Shown: positions 27,318 to 37,764 of the stretch, one piece after another | Layout of the letters: each line of letters begins with the position of its first letter | How positions within the stretch are numbered: position 1 is the stretch's first letter | Origin: an uncultured Candidatus Saccharibacteria bacterium | GTDB taxonomy: Bacteria; Patescibacteriota; Dojkabacteria; B142; OLB20 | Direction of reading: 5' to 3' | Length of the DNA: 41,261 nucleotides | Assembly: GCA_964562165.1 (NCBI GenBank) | Contig: CAZLRZ010000004.1 | Span: forward strand, 1 to 41,261 | The notes under the pieces: model-generated | Told to the model about the DNA's origin: nothing | The model's database searches: none | What the model saw: the letters and a program-made list of their open reading frames with translations, nothing else | Position numbers and translations under genes: made by a program

Positions 27318-27347
27318 ATTATATCAAAAAATGTATGCATCCGTCAA
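27318..27347 (-). promoter_or_regulatory. Promoter candidate for rpsA (TTGACG, 18 nt, TATAAT)
   Basis: On the minus strand, TTGACG is at 27342-27347 and TATAAT at 27318-27323. Confidence 0.45.
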
Positions 27348-27349
27348 AA

Positions 27350-28402
27350 TTACATTACTGGATTTACCGGACCAATTGAATCGGTGGCCGCTACAGGATT
27401 TGCATCGGAAATCGGCGCTACTGGAGGAGCCTGATTGACTGGGCTAGCCTGACTTGTGGATTCTGAAGGACCATCATCTAGGTTGATCCCCATATCTTGC
27501 AATTGAGAGATCAGATTCGGTGATGATGATGCTTTAACTTCCTCAACTGGTTCAGGTGTAACAGGTTCCATTGGTTTTATAGGTGCTACCGCCTCTTCTA
27601 AGGGTTTTTCAATTACAGGACTAACTTTTACCGGAGCAACTTCAACTGCTTCGGGTTTAACTGTTTCCGGCTGAACTGGTGCAGGTTCTACAGGTGTAAC
27701 TTCAACAGTCACAGCTGGCTTGGCTTGTGCTTCTACAACGTTAGCTAGCCATTCAGGGAGTTCAGGTTCTGTTTTTGTACCATCTTTAATTTCGCCTATA
27801 TCATCCATAATTGTCGCAACGACTGGTTTATTAAGGGTATCAACAGGTTCTGTAGCTGCCTGTGTATCAGTTGGGACTTCTGTTTCTGAGATTAAACCCT
27901 TAGATTGTTGAGCCAACTTTTCTGTTTCAGTTGCGTTATTGTTTAGATTTTCAAGATCTATTTCTTTTATTGTGTTTGTATCCAAATCTATCAAGCTACT
28001 CAACGATAATAATGTATTGTATTTGATTATTGGATTCATAGCATCAAGATATCTGGCAATTTCCTTACGATCTTCTGCAGGTAAAACCGGTAAGAGGTTG
28101 TCATAGAACATCTTACCAAAAGAATCTATTGATTCGGTAAGTAATTTAATCAACTCTTCTTCCCTTAATATTGCTTTTATATCTTCATCTACTGTTGCAT
28201 TATCAGGGTTTTCGAGAGACTGCATTAATGCATTTATTTTGTTTGGATCTATCTTTTTTTCGTTGAGATAATATTTTATTGTTTCCTCTATAAGTATAAA
28301 CAGCTTTGACATTAGGCTGCTATAAGTAGCAAAAGTTTCTTCATCATCTTTTGTTTGAAAGAGAATTGATATTATGTACGGATCGAGTAGATATTTTCTC
28401 AT
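27350..28402 (-). CDS. Hypothetical protein: helical N-terminal half and Pro/Val/Glu-rich low-complexity C-terminal half
   Basis: 350-aa ORF, the last gene of the unknown operon. No TM helix or signal peptide is visible. The tail reads PAVTVEVTPVEPAPVQPETVKPEAVEVAPVKVSPVIEKP. I recognise no family. Confidence 0.75.
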   Translation of the reverse strand: MRKYLLDPYIISILFQTKDDEETFATYSSLMSKLFILIEETIKYYLNEKKIDPNKINALMQSLENPDNATVDEDIKAILREEELIKLLTESIDSFGKMFYDNLLPVLPAEDRKEIARYLDAMNPIIKYNTLLSLSSLIDLDTNTIKEIDLENLNNNATETEKLAQQSKGLISETEVPTDTQAATEPVDTLNKPVVATIMDDIGEIKDGTKTEPELPEWLANVVEAQAKPAVTVEVTPVEPAPVQPETVKPEAVEVAPVKVSPVIEKPLEEAVAPIKPMEPVTPEPVEEVKASSSPNLISQLQDMGINLDDGPSESTSQASPVNQAPPVAPISDANPVAATDSIGPVNPVM

Positions 28403-28424
28403 TTGTATTTTAATTAATATTTAA

Positions 28425-29744
28425 TTAAGAAATTGTTGCGCTTTGTGCAGCAGCCGCCGCTGCATTTAGGTTCTTTGCAAATCCAAGGCCGGTTGAAAGC
28501 TCAATTTGCTTTTTAATCGTATCAAACTGCTCTTGTGATAATATTCTACCAGTTTTAGCTGCTTCGCCCCTTGTTGCGATTTCAATAAGGAACCCTAAAT
28601 AATCAGCTTTACTGTTTGCGTTTTTGGATAACTTTGTTTTGGCTGCAACCTCAGCCTTTTGCAGAGCTGCATTAGATGTACTCTTTAAAGCATCGATCGC
28701 TCTCCAACTCTTGAGTCCCCCTCTTTCCTGATAATTTGCGATCCCAGCTAAAATACCAACAGACCCAAGTGCAGCACCACCCACCAGCATACCCAAGGTG
28801 ACATTGCTTATTAACGCTCCAGCCCCCACTCCAGCACCAGTAAACAACAAGGCTACTAATAATGCTGGACCCCCATACTTAATCAAATTCCCAACTTTTT
28901 TACCAAAAATTTCAAGGTTTGTAACTTCCTCTGATTTTGCAGTTGCGACATCTGCCGCTGCAGAAGCTTCTGCATATCTAGTTTGGGCATCGCTAAGATC
29001 TTTCGCTCTTTGAATCATTTCAATATATATTCCCTTCATCGGAGGAGACATCCCATCTAAGGCATGACTAATAACGCTAGTTGCTAAATTAGCCCCAGTA
29101 GTTCTAAAAATCTCTCTTCTGTCTTCTATTTTTCCAAATTCAATATTTAAACGATCTTTAACCTCTAAATTTTGTATAGCGTCAATTTTCGTCCTTAAAG
29201 CATCAAGGCTTTCAATTGTTCCTTTATTATAATCTGCCAATAAATCGTCTACCTCTTTTTGTACGCTAGTATTAATCCTTTCTTGTATTTTGTTTTTTAG
29301 ATCTGCATTAATATTTGTGCCAGCCGCTAATTCAGTATTCCATATAGCCCTAGTATAGATAGGACTGCTCAAATATTTATCTGCATATGCTTCAATAGCG
29401 GCGGTTTCTATCTCTACCTGCTTGGCAGGATGATTTGTAATAATATCGTTAATATCCCCAGCAATAGGATTTTCAGCTAATCTTCTAGCTTCCATTTTAG
29501 AAGCAACTGTACGTCCATCAGGTTCTAAAAGTGGCCTTAATCCATCTAATACAACCACTGCATCATTTTTTATTGTTTCTACTTCAGTGACATTTTTGGC
29601 ACCCTCAAATTTAGCATTAATTACTGCTATATTTAAGCTAGCTTTTAAAGCTTCAACAGGATTATCTTTTACTGAGGCTTCTATTGGCCCCTTAGCTAAT
29701 TCTTGAAATTTTACTGCAGCTTGATGTCCTGGAGTTGTTGACAT
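28425..29744 (-). CDS. Hypothetical large protein B (439 aa) with a C-terminal glycine-zipper TM hairpin; paralogous at the C-terminus to 30048-31916
   Basis: Helical N-terminal region, then KYGGPALLVALLFTGAGVGAGALISNVTLGMLVGGAALGSVGILAGIANY, GGLKSWRAIDA, and AKTGRILSQEQFD. The start is 2 nt after the stop of the 94-aa ORF. Confidence 0.8.
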   Translation of the reverse strand: MSTTPGHQAAVKFQELAKGPIEASVKDNPVEALKASLNIAVINAKFEGAKNVTEVETIKNDAVVVLDGLRPLLEPDGRTVASKMEARRLAENPIAGDINDIITNHPAKQVEIETAAIEAYADKYLSSPIYTRAIWNTELAAGTNINADLKNKIQERINTSVQKEVDDLLADYNKGTIESLDALRTKIDAIQNLEVKDRLNIEFGKIEDRREIFRTTGANLATSVISHALDGMSPPMKGIYIEMIQRAKDLSDAQTRYAEASAAADVATAKSEEVTNLEIFGKKVGNLIKYGGPALLVALLFTGAGVGAGALISNVTLGMLVGGAALGSVGILAGIANYQERGGLKSWRAIDALKSTSNAALQKAEVAAKTKLSKNANSKADYLGFLIEIATRGEAAKTGRILSQEQFDTIKKQIELSTGLGFAKNLNAAAAAAQSATIS

Positions 29745-29746
29745 AG

Positions 29747-30031
29747 TTAATCGTTAATAGCTTTAGGATCTTTAGAAATTAAATCCAGCTTATCATCGTC
29801 AAGTTTTTCGTTTTCAACTAGTTCATCAAGTGCCATTACTAATTCTAAAATATCGTGATCCGACATTTTTTTTGAATATCTATAAATATACACAAATTCC
29901 CTTAACGCAGAATTTCTAATTCTATATCCAGGAATAATTAATTTAAGCTCCTGCGCTGCTTTACCTGCTGCAACATCTTTAGCCTTATTATTATCTAGGA
30001 ACTTTGTTAAATCGTTGTTTGAATTTGTCAT
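29747..30031 (-). CDS. Hypothetical small protein b (94 aa), paralog of 31913-32176
   Basis: It shares the core IIPGYRIRN..KKMSDHDILELVMALDELVEN with IVGPRVRN..EKMSHEDIVQKILDYDEYVEK of the 87-aa ORF. It has an acidic C-terminus and no TM helix. Confidence 0.75.
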   Translation of the reverse strand: MTNSNNDLTKFLDNNKAKDVAAGKAAQELKLIIPGYRIRNSALREFVYIYRYSKKMSDHDILELVMALDELVENEKLDDDKLDLISKDPKAIND

Positions 30032-30047
30032 TGTACTTTCTTAATAT

Positions 30048-31916
30048 TTAAGCTATCGCTAAATTAAATAATCCCTTTGTTGGACGACCTGCACTCTCGG
30101 GACTATACCCGATTAAGCCATAAGCCCTTCTTAACATTTGGTCATATGCACGTTTATCAACTATTCTACCCGTTTTAGCAATTTGGGCTTGCACCGCCAT
30201 TTCTGCAATACTCCCTAAAGTTGCCTCTTGTGATGCAGCCAAATTGCCCTGCATAGCAAGTATTTTTGGCTCTACAGCAGCCAACCCGGCAATAGCCCTA
30301 GCTTTTTCAGCCTCTATGTTTCTCCACTCTTTTAAACCACCACCAAAGGCGTATTTACCACCACCGATAAGGCCTGGAACACCAACACCAACCAGTAATG
30401 GTATTAATTTATATGCACCATTAATATTACCCGTCAGCGCAATTAACCCACCTATACCAAGGCCTAAAAAAGCAGGTCCAAAATATTTACTGATAAGGCC
30501 AGCCTTTTTCCAAAAAGCATTGAAGTCTTTAGCTTTAGCCTCTTTTTGAAGTGCAACACCTTCTGCTGCTACGGCTATACGATTGGCCTCATTTAATTTA
30601 GATTGATTAAGTAGTTTTTCTCTTTGAATACTTTTTGAGGGTTCTGGTAAGCCCTCAAGGGTTTTTTCGATGATTTGGTTAATTACTACTTCCCTCATGA
30701 CGGCACGATCTGATCTTTCTTTGTCAGACATTTTAGCTAGTTCTTCTGGTGTTTTATCTCTACCATAAAAGATGTCATATGGTATTTTATTTACATCTGT
30801 CCTATTCTGACCTGAAAGAAGAGTACCAAATCTTTCGCTGGTATCTTTAAAATCCCTTTTACTCGCCATTATTAGATCGAAGAATTCAGAACCTTCTTGA
30901 TAACCTAATTCCGCTGCTTCGATCTCCAACTCAGTCAATTCAATTTCACCCCTTGTAAATCTTTCAATTAATTTATCTGCTTCACTTCGGGATTCTTCTC
31001 TAATTGTGCTTCGAACTCGATTCGCTGTATCTTGATCAATCCTCCCTTTTGATACCATATTATTGATTGTTTTTTCTGCAGCATCCCTACTGCTAAACTT
31101 CAAATCTTGCACCATACCGCTTACAGCTGCATCCCTTATTCCTTTTTCATTACCTGGATCTTCCGTAATTAGAGCACTAAGGGAAGGACCATCATAGCCA
31201 TCAGGATTCACTGAATCAAAACCTTGCGAAATCCCTCTAGCTTTGTTAAGTCGTAAATTTGTTTTATCTGCTTCTGTTTGAAGTTCATCTGAATGTCTAC
31301 CTATAAAATCTTGAATAGCTTTTAACCTATCCGTGGTGCTTTCTTTACCCTTTAGCTCTGCTGCCAACCTTGCGACTTCTAAACTAAATTGGATGTTTCC
31401 TTTTGCTGATTCATTTAGTATTCCAAGTATACGTAAAGTATCTTCATCTAATTTATAGCTTCCAGCTTTTTCATCTATAACTGTACTATTTTCACTAGCT
31501 CTTTCACTTTGGGTATCTCCAATTTGGTTGTTTGATGAGACTACCGAATCATCTATGTTTCTAATAGATTCTGTTGATGGTGTATCATCGGTGGATATTT
31601 GAGCGAACTCTTTTACTGCCTGTAATTGATCCTGTGAGGCTTCGTTTGGTTTTGCAGCATCAAGGGTTGCAAGTTGTGCCATTCTATTATCATACAAATC
31701 TCTTTGACCCTTCGTCAAAGCCGTCTGATCAATTTTTCCCAAGTCTTCTATTGTCCCAGCCCTATTAATTGCAGCTGTCCTAATCAATTTTTCACCACCC
31801 ATCGGATCCATCGGATTCGGCACAGAAGCAATATCAACAACAGCGTCTATTACAGAAGTTTGCTGAGTATCTTTTTCCCTGCCTGAATTTCCAAGTTCTG
31901 GATTACCTGTGCTCAT
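30048..31916 (-). CDS. Hypothetical large protein A (622 aa) with a C-terminal glycine-zipper TM hairpin
   Basis: Long charged, helical N-terminal region, then KYFGPAFLGLGIGGLIALTGNINGAYKLIPLLVGVGVPGLIGGGKYAF, GGLKEWRNIEA, and AKTGRIVDKRAYD. Its ATG overlaps the stop of the 87-aa ORF (ATGA at 31913-31916). Confidence 0.8.
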   Translation of the reverse strand: MSTGNPELGNSGREKDTQQTSVIDAVVDIASVPNPMDPMGGEKLIRTAAINRAGTIEDLGKIDQTALTKGQRDLYDNRMAQLATLDAAKPNEASQDQLQAVKEFAQISTDDTPSTESIRNIDDSVVSSNNQIGDTQSERASENSTVIDEKAGSYKLDEDTLRILGILNESAKGNIQFSLEVARLAAELKGKESTTDRLKAIQDFIGRHSDELQTEADKTNLRLNKARGISQGFDSVNPDGYDGPSLSALITEDPGNEKGIRDAAVSGMVQDLKFSSRDAAEKTINNMVSKGRIDQDTANRVRSTIREESRSEADKLIERFTRGEIELTELEIEAAELGYQEGSEFFDLIMASKRDFKDTSERFGTLLSGQNRTDVNKIPYDIFYGRDKTPEELAKMSDKERSDRAVMREVVINQIIEKTLEGLPEPSKSIQREKLLNQSKLNEANRIAVAAEGVALQKEAKAKDFNAFWKKAGLISKYFGPAFLGLGIGGLIALTGNINGAYKLIPLLVGVGVPGLIGGGKYAFGGGLKEWRNIEAEKARAIAGLAAVEPKILAMQGNLAASQEATLGSIAEMAVQAQIAKTGRIVDKRAYDQMLRRAYGLIGYSPESAGRPTKGLFNLAIA

Positions 31917-32176
31917 TTATTTTTCCCCTTCGCTAAATTAATTTTCTCTTCCGTTACCAAACCCTTTTCTACATATTCATCATAATCAAGTATCTTTTGG
32001 ACAATATCTTCGTGACTCATTTTTTCATTTAAATATTTTTTAACTAGGTTTCGCCAGATAACATTCCTGACCCTTGGCCCCACAATTATTGTTGGATTTG
32101 GTTTTTTTATTCCTGCTAAATCCCCCTTCAGAATTGAAGAGAGTTGTTGTTGTGATGATAGATCAGAACTGGACAT
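31913..32176 (-). CDS. Hypothetical small protein a (87 aa)
   Basis: It is translationally coupled to the 622-aa ORF and is a paralog of the 94-aa ORF. Confidence 0.75.
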   Translation of the reverse strand: MSSSDLSSQQQLSSILKGDLAGIKKPNPTIIVGPRVRNVIWRNLVKKYLNEKMSHEDIVQKILDYDEYVEKGLVTEEKINLAKGKNK

Positions 32177-32259
32177 AGGTTATTTTAAAATTAGCAAATT
32201 ATAGACCCATTTAGCCTATATAATAGCTTTGCAGGAAACAAAAAAGAAGTCAAGAAATT

Positions 32260-32526
32260 TTACAAATTGATATCTTCATCCATATAACCCATTCTGCGTT
32301 CGATTTTTTTTCGAAGATATTCGATGAGATCAAGCATGCCTTTTTGGCTTTCTTCATCTAGAGAGAGCTTAAGAATGCCATCTTTGAATTTGTTTAGTGA
32401 ATCAAGAGCGACATAAAAATCGGTGCCAACTTCAAGGTTTGCCTCGGAATAGGTGTCATTTAAAGCCTTGCCTACTCTGGCAAGATGACTGATTCTTTCT
32501 TTTGTGGCTTCGTCGGGCTCGATCAT
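32260..32526 (-). CDS. Hypothetical small acidic helical protein (88 aa from ATG 32524-32526)
   Basis: The track ORF (to 32577) starts with the TTG of a TTGACA box. The first ATG gives MIEPDEATKERISHLARVGK... I recognise no family. Confidence 0.6.
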   Translation of the reverse strand: MIEPDEATKERISHLARVGKALNDTYSEANLEVGTDFYVALDSLNKFKDGILKLSLDEESQKGMLDLIEYLRKKIERRMGYMDEDINL

Positions 32527-32547
32527 TTTATTGAAGTAATATAAATA

Positions 32548-32577
32548 TAATATGGGGTATGAGGGGAATTTTGTCAA
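32548..32577 (-). promoter_or_regulatory. Promoter candidate for the unknown operon (TTGACA plus an AT-rich -10 region)
   Basis: On the minus strand, TTGACA is at 32572-32577, followed 17-19 nt later by CATATT/TATTAT. It lies just downstream of the 5S terminator. Confidence 0.35.
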
Positions 32578-32657
32578 ATTTTTTGAGAGGGGGAAGGATA
32601 GTTCAGAGTGGAAAATTTTAAAGGCAGAAGGTAAAACAAATCCGGCAGAATTTGGGC

Positions 32658-32685
32658 AAAAAAAATCCCGACATTTCTGTCGGGA
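32658..32685 (-). terminator. Rho-independent terminator after 5S rRNA
   Basis: 8-bp stem TCCCGACA (32666-32673) / TGTCGGGA (32678-32685). On the minus strand it is followed by T8 (the A-run at 32658-32665). Confidence 0.85.
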
Positions 32686-32695
32686 CCTTTTTTAC

Positions 32696-32811
32696 TCTGG
32701 CGATTACCTATTTTCCCAATCCCTTTCGAAATAAGTATTTTCGGCGCTACAGCGTTTCACTTCTCTGTTCGGTATGGGAAGAGGTGGGGCCACTGCGCTA
32801 GAATCACCAGA
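32696..32811 (-). rRNA. rrf: 5S ribosomal RNA
   Basis: The reverse complement reads TCTGGTGATTCTAGCGCAGTGGCCCCACCTCTTCCCATACCGAACAGAGAAGTGAAACGCTGTAGCGCCGA...GGTAATCGCCAGA. This has the conserved CCGAAC loop and paired ends. Confidence 0.9.
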
Positions 32812-32872
32812 TGAATTGTGTCAAAAATTTTAACAAAACTCATCCGGTTACCAGATATATATTTAATTGTAA

Positions 32873-32944
32873 AATTAAAACGACTTACAATCAACATTTT
32901 TCATGTTGAAAATACTAGAAATAATCTAGTTCATGGAGGTCCTA
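32873..32944 (-). promoter_or_regulatory. 3' strand of the 23S processing stem (pairs with 36120-36167)
   Basis: TAGTTCATGGAGGTCCTA (32927-32944) is complementary to TAGGAACCTCCATGAACTA (36120-36138) with one bulge. ACGACTTACA (32880-32889) is complementary to TGTAAGTCGT (36149-36158). The two strands bracket the 23S at about 65-70 nt on each side. Confidence 0.7.
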
Positions 32945-33007
32945 TCCAATAGTTACACTTAAAATTAAACTTGCGTCTAATATAAAAGCAACTATTGGAT
33001 TAAAAAA

Positions 33008-36050
<3,043 letters not shown>

Positions 36051-36119
36051 ACAAGTTTTTTACAAATTTGAGTAGCGCTAATTAAATTTCATTGAAAATT
36101 AACCGCGCTAAAAAAAAAT

Positions 36120-36167
36120 TAGGAACCTCCATGAACTAAATTAGTTCATGTAAGTCGTATTTAATTA
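36120..36167 (-). promoter_or_regulatory. 5' strand of the 23S processing stem
   Basis: See 32873-32944. It also contains a local palindrome, CATGAACTA AA TTAGTTCATG. Confidence 0.7.
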
Positions 36168-36251
36168 TCAAAGATCTCAAACCAAAAAAAGGTATCTAAA
36201 CTTTTATAAATCGTCACGCCTTAAATATGTATAACTGTTCGAAGCGGTAGA

Positions 36252-36266
36252 GGTTTAAACAGCAAG
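36252..36266 (-). promoter_or_regulatory. boxA-like antitermination element in the 23S leader
   Basis: The minus strand reads CTTGCTGTTTAAACC, compared with the E. coli rrn boxA TGCTCTTTAACAA. It is preceded by the hairpin CTTACC TGAAAA GGTAAG. Confidence 0.35.
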
Positions 36267-36304
36267 AAAATCTTGAAGCAAACTTACCTTTTCAGGTAAG
36301 AATG

Positions 36305-36334
36305 ATAATATCACAAAAATCAGAATTTTGACAA
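36305..36334 (-). promoter_or_regulatory. Promoter candidate for 23S-5S (TTGTCA, 18 nt, TGaTATTAT extended -10)
   Basis: On the minus strand, TTGTCA is at 36329-36334 and TATTAT at 36305-36310, with TG one nt upstream. Confidence 0.5.
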
Positions 36335-36422
36335 GTATTTTAACAAAAGAAATTAAGATAATTTTCAAACATTTTTTACCCCCTACCAGCCTTAAAATCC
36401 AAAGGCCGAAATTGCGGAAATA

Positions 36423-36451
36423 TTGCAAATAATATGAATATCACTTAGATT
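36423..36451 (+). promoter_or_regulatory. Promoter candidate for the LOG-methyltransferase gene (TTGCAA, 17 nt, TAGATT)
   Basis: TTGCAA at 36423-36428 and TAGATT at 36446-36451. Confidence 0.3.
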
Positions 36452-36474
36452 GTATTCATATTAAAAAACTTACT

Positions 36475-37764
36475 ATGCCACCAAACATTGTTCAATTGCC
36501 AAAAGAAAAATCCGTATCCGAAGCGAAGGTTAAAGACAAAGACAAACTAATTGATACCGTTACCTTTTTTGGAGATTCTGCTTTTCCTGAGGATGACGAA
36601 AACTACAAGGCAGCCTGGGAAACAGCGAAATATTTATCCGAACACGGCTACACCATAGTTAATGGAGGAGGCCCCGGTATTATGAAAGCGGCCACAGATG
36701 GAGCTGAATCCGTTAACGGAGAAACAATGGCAATTTATTGGCAACCAAAATTGGCCTCGTTTTTTGAAGGAAGAAATTTGGCAAACGTTACAGATGAATC
36801 AGATACAGCGTCAAACTATCTAATTAGAACTCTTGGTTTAATTGAAAATGGCGACGCATACATAATATTTAAAGGTGGTACTGGAACGATTTCTGAATTT
36901 GGAATGGTTTGGTGTCTCGCGAAACTTTACTATGGAGCCCACAAGCCAGTTATCCTTTTTGGGAAATTTTGGGACAATGTAATCGAAAGTATTCAAAAGA
37001 ACCTAGCCATTGATGAAATTGAGCTTTCGGTCTTAAATCAGGCTAACTCTCCAGAAGAAGTCTTAGACATTCTTGTTAAACACGAAGAAAAACTTAAAAA
37101 AGTATTTCCCAAAAATCGAAAATTTGGATCCGACGAACAAGGCTTCATCCTTGGTGGAGACACCGATTCTAGTAAAAAAACTTATCAGGCATATAACGAA
37201 ATTGCATCAGATTATCACTCAAAACATGCCGGTAAACTTACAGCACAAGTTCAACTTGATGATTTTAGATCGATGGTAAATTCACCAGCACAAGTGCTTG
37301 ATATCGGATCAGGCCCTGGCCATGACGCCAATTACTTATCAGAAAAGTACTCCGTTACGGGCATCGAACTTAGCAAAAGATTTTTTGAAATTGCAAAATA
37401 CGAAAATCCTTCCGTTAATTTTATAAATGGAGACATTACAAAAGTTGAATTAGATAAAAACAAATACAAAGGAATCTGGGCAAGAGATGCATTACATCAT
37501 ATTAAAAAAGAAGATCTCGAAAGTGTTTTCAAAAAAATAGCCGATTCCCTAGTGGAAGGCGGAATCCTATACACTTTAGTTAGAGAAGGTACCGGTGAAA
37601 TTATTGAAGAAGAAAAAACACAATACGCCACAACCGAAAAATTCTTCCACCTATTTTCAGAAGAGGAACTAATTGGATACGCAAGTAGGGCCGGTTTAAA
37701 ACTGGTTAAAACTGAACACACAAAGAGAAGTCACAAATGGATTATTGGAGTATTTAAGAAATAG
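36475..37764 (+). CDS. Fusion protein: LOG/SLOG-family Rossmann domain (N-terminal) plus class I SAM-dependent methyltransferase (C-terminal)
   Basis: The N-terminal half has VNGGGPGIMKAATDGA and FKGGTGTISEFG (compare the LOG GGGxGxMG and PGGxGTxxE motifs). The C-terminal half has VLDIGSGPGHDANYL (SAM motif I) and GGILY. Confidence 0.75.
   Translation: MPPNIVQLPKEKSVSEAKVKDKDKLIDTVTFFGDSAFPEDDENYKAAWETAKYLSEHGYTIVNGGGPGIMKAATDGAESVNGETMAIYWQPKLASFFEGRNLANVTDESDTASNYLIRTLGLIENGDAYIIFKGGTGTISEFGMVWCLAKLYYGAHKPVILFGKFWDNVIESIQKNLAIDEIELSVLNQANSPEEVLDILVKHEEKLKKVFPKNRKFGSDEQGFILGGDTDSSKKTYQAYNEIASDYHSKHAGKLTAQVQLDDFRSMVNSPAQVLDIGSGPGHDANYLSEKYSVTGIELSKRFFEIAKYENPSVNFINGDITKVELDKNKYKGIWARDALHHIKKEDLESVFKKIADSLVEGGILYTLVREGTGEIIEEEKTQYATTEKFFHLFSEEELIGYASRAGLKLVKTEHTKRSHKWIIGVFKK

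Noticed and set aside
32552-32734. 60-aa plus-strand ORF 32552..32734.
   Set aside because: It spans a promoter region, the 5S terminator hairpin and part of the 5S gene. It has no coding features.
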